Source: Candidatus Sumerlaeaceae bacterium (GTDB lineage: Bacteria; Sumerlaeota; Sumerlaeia; Sumerlaeales; Sumerlaeaceae). Taken from it: a stretch of DNA of 64,000 nucleotides. Positions within the stretch are counted from its first letter, which is position 1; each line of letters starts with the position of its first letter. The stretch spans positions 1-64,000 of the forward strand of contig JBPCLP010000017.1 in the NCBI GenBank assembly GCA_051003195.1, in the 5' to 3' direction. Shown piece by piece: positions 58,272 through 64,000 of this stretch. The position numbers and the translations under genes were made by a program. The notes beneath the pieces were generated by a model. It searched no databases, was not told where the DNA came from, and was given only the letters and a program-made list of their open reading frames with translations.

Positions 58272-58918
58272 GTCCCGAGTCACCCATTGTTTTAGCGTCC
58301 GCCTCGCCGCGCCGTCGCCAGATTCTTGAGATGCTCCGAATTCCGTTTCGTGTCGAAGCAGCCGACGTTGACGAGCGTGCGATTGAGTATCGCCTGCCGC
58401 GTGAACTCGCAATAAAAGCGGCATTCCTGAAAGCAGTCGAAGTGGCGAGCAGGCAGACCGCAGGCACTATTGTGGTCGCGGCTGATACGATTGTGGTTCT
58501 TGAGAACACCGTCTACGGAAAACCAGAGACGGTATCCCAGGCGCGCGAATTTCTAGCGCAGCTCGCCGGTCGAGCTCATACGGTTATTACTGGCATCGCA
58601 GTTCAGGAAGCCGCCAGATCGAGCCTGCTGGATGCAGTCGAATCCAGGGTCTTCATTCAGCCACTCACCCCAGAGCAGATTGCGGATTACGTAGCCACTG
58701 GTGAACCGATGGACAAAGCCGGCGCCTATGCCGCGCAGGGTGAAGGTCGGAAGCTCATCCAGAGAATTGACGGTGACTTCTTTAATGTGGTTGGCCTGCC
58801 GGCTGCCCGCTTTCTGGAAATGCTGAGCAGCTACATGGAAGTCGCCGAGTATCGCGGTACTTTAAAGAAGCTCTCGCCCGAAGCCTTTGACGCTTTCGCT
58901 GATCGCCGCGATAAATAA
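58268..58918 (+). CDS. maf: Maf-family nucleoside triphosphate pyrophosphatase
   Basis: IVLASASPRRRQIL, AADTIV, YGKP, GEPMDKAGAYA.QG, NVVGLP. Confidence 0.95.
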   Translation: MSPESPIVLASASPRRRQILEMLRIPFRVEAADVDERAIEYRLPRELAIKAAFLKAVEVASRQTAGTIVVAADTIVVLENTVYGKPETVSQAREFLAQLAGRAHTVITGIAVQEAARSSLLDAVESRVFIQPLTPEQIADYVATGEPMDKAGAYAAQGEGRKLIQRIDGDFFNVVGLPAARFLEMLSSYMEVAEYRGTLKKLSPEAFDAFADRRDK

Positions 58919-58941
58919 AAATGGCTGGTATGAAGTAGCAG

Positions 58942-59820
58942 TTGCTGAATGACTTACCTGGCAGAAGGGATGTCTGTGTGTCCAGCAGTGCTCATTTAGA
59001 CGAGTTTGCCCGGGTTGCAGGTCTGCCGGAAGCCGAGTTGGACATCGGATATGCCGCATTGCTGATCGCTGCATGCGAATACCCGGAACTCGACATAAAA
59101 GCTTACATGCGTCGCCTCGATATGCTGAGTGCCGGTGTTGCCGAGCGAATGCCTTCGGGTGCCGACCCTCTTGAGCAGGTCACCATCATCAATGAGTTCC
59201 TGTTTCGCCAGCGGCACTTCCGCGGGAACGCCGAAAACTACTACGACCCGCGCAACAGCTACCTGAACGAAGTGATAGACCGGCGCCTCGGCATTCCCAT
59301 CACGATGTCCATTCTGTACATCGAAATCGCCAAGCGGTTGAGGCTGCCGATTCGAGGCGTTGGGCTGCCGGGACACTTCGTTGTGCGTTACGATGCGCCA
59401 CGCATCGACCTGTTTGTCGATCCATTCAACGGAGGCCGCCTGCTTACTTCCGACGATTGCCATGAGCTGGTATTGCGTTCGCTGGGCGGACATCATGCGG
59501 TCAGCTTCGGGCATTTCATTCAGCCCATTGGCAACAGGTCCATCCTGATTCGGGTTCTCACAAACCTTAAGGTCATTTACTTTCACCAGTCGGATGCCGA
59601 GCGCGTTGTGCGTGCTCTCAACCAGATTATCCAACTGAACCCGCAATCCACGGACGAATACAAGGAGCGGGGCCTTCTGCACCTCGCCGCTCACAGGTAT
59701 CGCGCGGCACTGGTCGATCTTACAACCTACCTCGAGCGTTGCCCGGATGCCCCGGACGCCGATCTGGTGCACCATCGCGTTGACATGATTTGCGCGACGC
59801 TCGGCACGAGCTTCGAATAG
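58942..59820 (+). CDS. SirB1-like (transglutaminase-like plus TPR) protein
   Basis: F.GN..NYYDPRNSYLNEV..RRLGIPI, GVGLPGHF, VDPFNGG, RVLTNLK, C-terminal TPR. Confidence 0.9.
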   Translation: MLNDLPGRRDVCVSSSAHLDEFARVAGLPEAELDIGYAALLIAACEYPELDIKAYMRRLDMLSAGVAERMPSGADPLEQVTIINEFLFRQRHFRGNAENYYDPRNSYLNEVIDRRLGIPITMSILYIEIAKRLRLPIRGVGLPGHFVVRYDAPRIDLFVDPFNGGRLLTSDDCHELVLRSLGGHHAVSFGHFIQPIGNRSILIRVLTNLKVIYFHQSDAERVVRALNQIIQLNPQSTDEYKERGLLHLAAHRYRAALVDLTTYLERCPDAPDADLVHHRVDMICATLGTSFE

Positions 59821-59865
59821 CTTTTTTGCGTTGCTTCGGCTGTTGCTGCCCCATGAAGTAGTCTT

Positions 59866-60354
59866 ATGACTTCGACAGAAACGCTCATTGATCAAACACT
59901 CGGTCTTCGGCAGTTGATCGTAAAGCTATTGAAATCCATACCGCTGGAGCAGGCGGACAACATCCCCCCGACGTGGCACAACAATGCTCGATGGCATGCG
60001 GGCCACCTGGTCGTAACGCCTGCGATGCTCACCCATGGAATACTCAAAGAACCGCTGGGCGTTCCCGAGGAATTTCGCACCTGGTTTGCCAAGGGCAGCA
60101 GCCCGGCAGGATGGGGGAATGATTCCGTTCCTGATTACCATGACTTGTGCGACGATCTACTACCTGCCAGTGGGAGGCTCTTCGAAGCAATGCGCAGCCG
60201 CATGGATGATGCCTTCATGGAGCCGTACACCACGTCCACAGGCGTGGTGCTTCACACGCCTGCCCAGGCACTGAACTTCAGCCTTGCGCACGACGGCATT
60301 CATCTCGGGATGCTGATGGCCCTCAAGCGCGGCCTCGATGCGATGCACCGTTGA
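59866..60354 (+). CDS. DinB-family protein
   Basis: NNARWHAGHL and HDGIHLG metal-ligand motifs. Confidence 0.88.
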   Translation: MTSTETLIDQTLGLRQLIVKLLKSIPLEQADNIPPTWHNNARWHAGHLVVTPAMLTHGILKEPLGVPEEFRTWFAKGSSPAGWGNDSVPDYHDLCDDLLPASGRLFEAMRSRMDDAFMEPYTTSTGVVLHTPAQALNFSLAHDGIHLGMLMALKRGLDAMHR

Positions 60355-60542
60355 GCCACTGACCCACATTCCTAATTTTTTCGAATCACAAACGCACAGC
60401 GCTCTTGACGCATCCCTCAGCCCGGCGCAGGCCTAGTGTGCCGAATAGAAGTTCCTATCCAGTTTGAGCCCGGAAGATGAGCTCAATTCGGCACGCAGAA
60501 CCGAATACGAATTAACGGTAGCCCACACTAGGCAGTACACAC

Positions 60543-61700
60543 ATGATCCGAGTAGATAATCTAACCAAACACTATGGCGACGTGCACGCCGTCGATGGCC
60601 TGTCTTTCGAGCTGTTCGAGGGTGAAATACTCGGTTTTCTCGGTCCCAATGGCGCGGGTAAAACGACAACCATGCGCATACTCACCTGCTTTTTCCCGCC
60701 TACCTCGGGAACTGCAACCGTCGCCGGCTACGATGTGCTCACAGAGCCCGACGAGGTGCGGCGGCTTATCGGTTATATGCCTGAGGGTGTGCCCTTATAC
60801 CGGGAGATGACGGTGACCGACTTCCTCGACTTCGTGGGGCATTCCAAGGGATACGGGCATGCGAAGCGGCGCACCTATGTGGACGCTGCCATCGGCGAAA
60901 CCAATCTGGGTGACGTACGCAATCGCGTGATAGGGGAGCTGTCGAAAGGCTATCGCCAGCGCGTGGGGCTGGCGCAGGCAATCCTTGGCGAACCCAAGGT
61001 CCTGATCCTCGACGAGCCAACTTCCGGCCTTGATCCCCGTCAGATCGCCGACATGCGCGTGCTCATCAAAGGAATGGCCGGCCGGCGCACCGTCATCCTC
61101 AGTACGCACATCCTGCCCGAAGTACAGATGACCTGTTCCCGTGTAATTATTATCGATCGTGGTCGGATAGCCGCCAGCGGCACGCCGGAAAAACTGACAA
61201 CTCGCATCCAGAACAGATTCCAAACCGTGGCTCGTGCCGTCGGTCCTCCCGATGAAATTCGAAAATCCCTGGCTGCTATCGCAGGCGTTTTGCAGGTCGA
61301 TCATCGCGATCCGCGTGATGCCGACGAGGGTTTTGTACGAGGCATCGACGGACAGGCGCATGAGTACGTAGTCCATTCAGGTATCGAGACCCCGGACATA
61401 CGCCCCGCTGTTGCCGAAGCCATTGTGCGAGGGAAATGGACGCTGGTGGAATTGCGACAGATCGGACTCACGCTTGAGGATATCTTCCTCAAAGCTGTGG
61501 CAGGGGAGCAGCCTGCCGTGCAGCCAAAGTCGAAGAAAAAGCAGGCTGCCAAGCCTGTTCCCGTAGCGGCTGAAGGCCCGCTTCAAGCGGCCGCGGACCA
61601 AACACCCGCACACGGAATGCCGCGCATCGCTTCACAACCGTCTGAGCCTTCTTCAGATCTGCTGGCGGAAGACCAAAAGGACGCCGATGTTAAACCATAA
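60543..61700 (+). CDS. ABC transporter ATP-binding protein (GldA-like)
   Basis: GPNGAGKTT, LSKGYRQRVGLAQA, LILDEPTSGLDP, LSTHILPEV. Confidence 0.95.
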   Translation: MIRVDNLTKHYGDVHAVDGLSFELFEGEILGFLGPNGAGKTTTMRILTCFFPPTSGTATVAGYDVLTEPDEVRRLIGYMPEGVPLYREMTVTDFLDFVGHSKGYGHAKRRTYVDAAIGETNLGDVRNRVIGELSKGYRQRVGLAQAILGEPKVLILDEPTSGLDPRQIADMRVLIKGMAGRRTVILSTHILPEVQMTCSRVIIIDRGRIAASGTPEKLTTRIQNRFQTVARAVGPPDEIRKSLAAIAGVLQVDHRDPRDADEGFVRGIDGQAHEYVVHSGIETPDIRPAVAEAIVRGKWTLVELRQIGLTLEDIFLKAVAGEQPAVQPKSKKKQAAKPVPVAAEGPLQAAADQTPAHGMPRIASQPSEPSSDLLAEDQKDADVKP

Positions 61701-61736
61701 ACAGTTTCGCGGCCTAACCTGCGTGGTGGTTGGCCA

Positions 61737-62516
61737 GTGAATCCATTCCGATTCTTCCCGATCTACCGGCGCGAATTGAAGAGCTACCTCACATCGCCCG
61801 CTGTCTACGTCTGCATGGCACTTTTCTTTTTTCTAAGCGGCCTGATATTTTACGGTATTCTTGTCGATTTCAGCCGCGCCAGCGCCGATGCAGAGTACCG
61901 GCGCGAGCGCAATATCGACGAGGTGAACTTCACGCTTCTCGTCGTGAAGCAACTGTACTTCGCCCTCAACTTCCTTCTGGTATTCGTGGTGCCCATATTC
62001 ACCATGCGACTGCTCGCCGAAGAAAAGAAAACCGGTACTTTTGAACTCCTGAAGTCGCTCCCGTTTACCGATTGGAACATCGTGATCGGCAAGTTTTTGT
62101 CCGCCTTCACGCTGCTGGCTGTCATGCTGCTCGGCACCGGCTACTATGTGATTGTGATGATGCGATTTGGCAAGCCTGAGTTGCCGGTTGTGGGAGTCGC
62201 GCTTTGCGGGGCCCTGCTTTCCGCCGCCGCGTACACTGCCATCGGTGTATTTGCCTCGGCGCTGAGTGAAAATCAGATTGTTGCAGCCATTGTCGCCTTT
62301 GTTGCTCTACTCGGCTTCTTCTTAGTCGGCGAGATAGTACCGGCTTCGTCGGGCGGCTGGGGTCGGATCCTGGAATTTCTTTCGCTGCGATACCACACGG
62401 ATCAGTTCGCCCGTGGGCTCCTGCGCCTTGAAGACGTTGCTTACTTTGTGATGCTGTCGGCGGTGTTCCTTTTTCTGACGTGCCGCAGCCTCGAGTTGCG
62501 AAGGTGGCGCGTATAA
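61737..62516 (+). CDS. ABC-2 permease (GldF-like)
   Basis: RRELKSYLTSP, TMRLLAEEKKTGTFELL, SALSENQIVA. Confidence 0.92.
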   Translation: MNPFRFFPIYRRELKSYLTSPAVYVCMALFFFLSGLIFYGILVDFSRASADAEYRRERNIDEVNFTLLVVKQLYFALNFLLVFVVPIFTMRLLAEEKKTGTFELLKSLPFTDWNIVIGKFLSAFTLLAVMLLGTGYYVIVMMRFGKPELPVVGVALCGALLSAAAYTAIGVFASALSENQIVAAIVAFVALLGFFLVGEIVPASSGGWGRILEFLSLRYHTDQFARGLLRLEDVAYFVMLSAVFLFLTCRSLELRRWRV

Positions 62517-62547
62517 TGGAACGTCTGTCTGGTGTGAAAGCGCAGCG

Positions 62548-64000
62548 ATGAATTACCAGAAAACGGTCACGTTTATCGGATTGGTGCTGCTGCTGACCGG
62601 CCTCGTGGTCACAGGTCTGTTCGGCCGTTTTACCACAGTATCTACCGTGCTTTGCCTGGCTGGAATGGCTGCGGGCTCGTTTCTCTTCTTACCACGGGTT
62701 ACCAGGAACAGGTGGCTCTATCTCAACATGGCCCTGTATTCGGTCCTGGTTTGTTCTACGCTCCTGGTGTTCTACTTTATCTTACTTCGTCACCCCGCGG
62801 TGTACGATGCAACTTCCGGTAAGCTGTTTAGCCTGTCTCCAATCACAAAGAATTTTCTCTCCCGCGTGCAGGAGCCCGTCCATGCCGTGGCGTTTTATGG
62901 CGACAAGGCAGAGCGTACCGAAAATGCGCTCATCCTCGGCCAGTATGCGCGATATGCGCCACAGTTTACCTATGACATTTTTAATCCGTTCTCGGATGTC
63001 GCTGAGACGCGTCGATTCGGACTTAATGTTTCTCCCGGCGACATCTATCTCGAGAAGCTTACCACGGGCAGTAAACAGGTCGCGCGCACCATTAAAGTCA
63101 GCAAAGCAGCCGAAGAGGACATTACCAACGGGATCGTGCAGCTGCTACGAGGCAGCGATGTTACCATTTATTTTCTTACGGGACACGGCGAGCCCGAACT
63201 TGAAGAGGACAAAGTTGCCAAAGCCATGGGGCAGGCAAGCCAACAGCAGAACGATCTCTTCTGGCTCAAGGAGCAGCTCCAGCGCAGTTACATTAAGGTC
63301 CTGCCTCTTAGCCTGGGCCATCGCGGCCGCGTCCCGTCAGACGCAAGCGCAGTCGTTATTGCGGCACCGCGAATGGATCTGACTGTAAACGAGCGCGAAG
63401 CACTGCTTTCATACCTGGATAAAGGCGGCCGGGCAATGTTCATGCTCAACCCGGACATACCGCAACTTGGTAAACAAATCCAGACTTCCCTTACAAACTG
63501 CTCCGCTATACTGGAACGATACGGAATTCTGAGCCCGCCGGAGATTGTCGTCATGCCCTTGCAGCCGTCCAAGGGCGGCGGCGATATTTATACCGTTACA
63601 GCGACAGCCAAGCCCCACAGCATCACCAGGTTGCAGGGCAACAACACCCTGGTTTTTGGCCAGGCTCGTCCCCTGGCTCTATCGAAGGCGATTCCTGAAA
63701 ACACGTTCCTCGAAACTCTGCTGGTGAGTGGGCCGCAAGGCTGGCGCATTCCCGTGGAAGAATTCGCGAAAGCAATCCTTGGCGGTGAGAAAATCAGCAT
63801 CGGTGCGAATGTGAAGGACCTCGCACCTCAAACGCTTGCGGTTGCGGCGACACATAATACGCCCGGCAAGGGCGACGAGAACGCAACGCGCATAGTCGCC
63901 ATTGGAAATGGCAACTTTGTCACCAGCCGCTACGTCGACCAGAACAGCTGGCTTTTTTTCCTGAACGCGATCAATTGGATGACCAACTCCGCAGACCTTA
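62548..64000 (+). CDS. GldG-like ABC auxiliary component (runs off the window end)
   Basis: Manual translation from ATG 62548: three TM segments, YDATSGKLFSLS, EEDITNGI, IYFLTGHGE, YLDKGGR, NAINWM at the window edge. Confidence 0.88.
   Translation, partial: MNYQKTVTFIGLVLLLTGLVVTGLFGRFTTVSTVLCLAGMAAGSFLFLPRVTRNRWLYLNMALYSVLVCSTLLVFYFILLRHPAVYDATSGKLFSLSPITKNFLSRVQEPVHAVAFYGDKAERTENALILGQYARYAPQFTYDIFNPFSDVAETRRFGLNVSPGDIYLEKLTTGSKQVARTIKVSKAAEEDITNGIVQLLRGSDVTIYFLTGHGEPELEEDKVAKAMGQASQQQNDLFWLKEQLQRSYIKVLPLSLGHRGRVPSDASAVVIAAPRMDLTVNEREALLSYLDKGGRAMFMLNPDIPQLGKQIQTSLTNCSAILERYGILSPPEIVVMPLQPSKGGGDIYTVTATAKPHSITRLQGNNTLVFGQARPLALSKAIPENTFLETLLVSGPQGWRIPVEEFAKAILGGEKISIGANVKDLAPQTLAVAATHNTPGKGDENATRIVAIGNGNFVTSRYVDQNSWLFFLNAINWMTNSADL

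Noticed and set aside
58996..59895. 299-aa minus ORF
   Set aside because: Antisense shadow of the SirB1-like gene.
62807..63382. 191-aa + strand ORF
   Set aside because: Alternate frame inside the GldG-like gene that runs off the window end.

Overview
Bacterial chromosomal window from a diderm (waaA, lipoprotein, RND pump). A short C-terminal V-x-D-W-x-L tail on a secreted protein tentatively suggests the Sumerlaeota/BRC1 lineage; this is inference only. In order, it contains: the 5' part of carB; a secreted multidomain protein; an orphan GAF-PAS histidine kinase; a ~9 kb heavy-metal RND cluster headed by Cys-rich peptides and several uncharacterised His/Cys-rich periplasmic proteins; a GT-GT-waaA-hyp-hyp-hemL operon; sdhB and priA; a GT2; a secreted RGKDGRFVK-repeat protein; a glycosidase-like protein; a YtrA(GntR)-ABC operon; an AbrB/PIN toxin-antitoxin pair; rpsB with its S2 leader; tmk; a tuf-S10-spc-secY-adk-map cluster; a NUDIX/GT/MraY-like/Maf/TPR/DinB run; and a GldA/F/G-like ABC transporter running off the end. 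Strongest observations: (1) a ~370-nt multi-junction structured RNA with a kissing-loop candidate ahead of tuf-S10; (2) a mimic of the 16S helix-21 S8-binding core between rpsN and rpsH; (3) a small Cse60/DUF2758-like gene inserted between rpsC and rplP; (4) tmk apparently starting at AUU/AUC; (5) adk split by a -1 frameshift in an A9 run; (6) the unusual metal-efflux cluster with tandem Cys-rich leader peptides and no outer-membrane factor. All assignments come from reading motifs by eye; no searches or folding programs were run.
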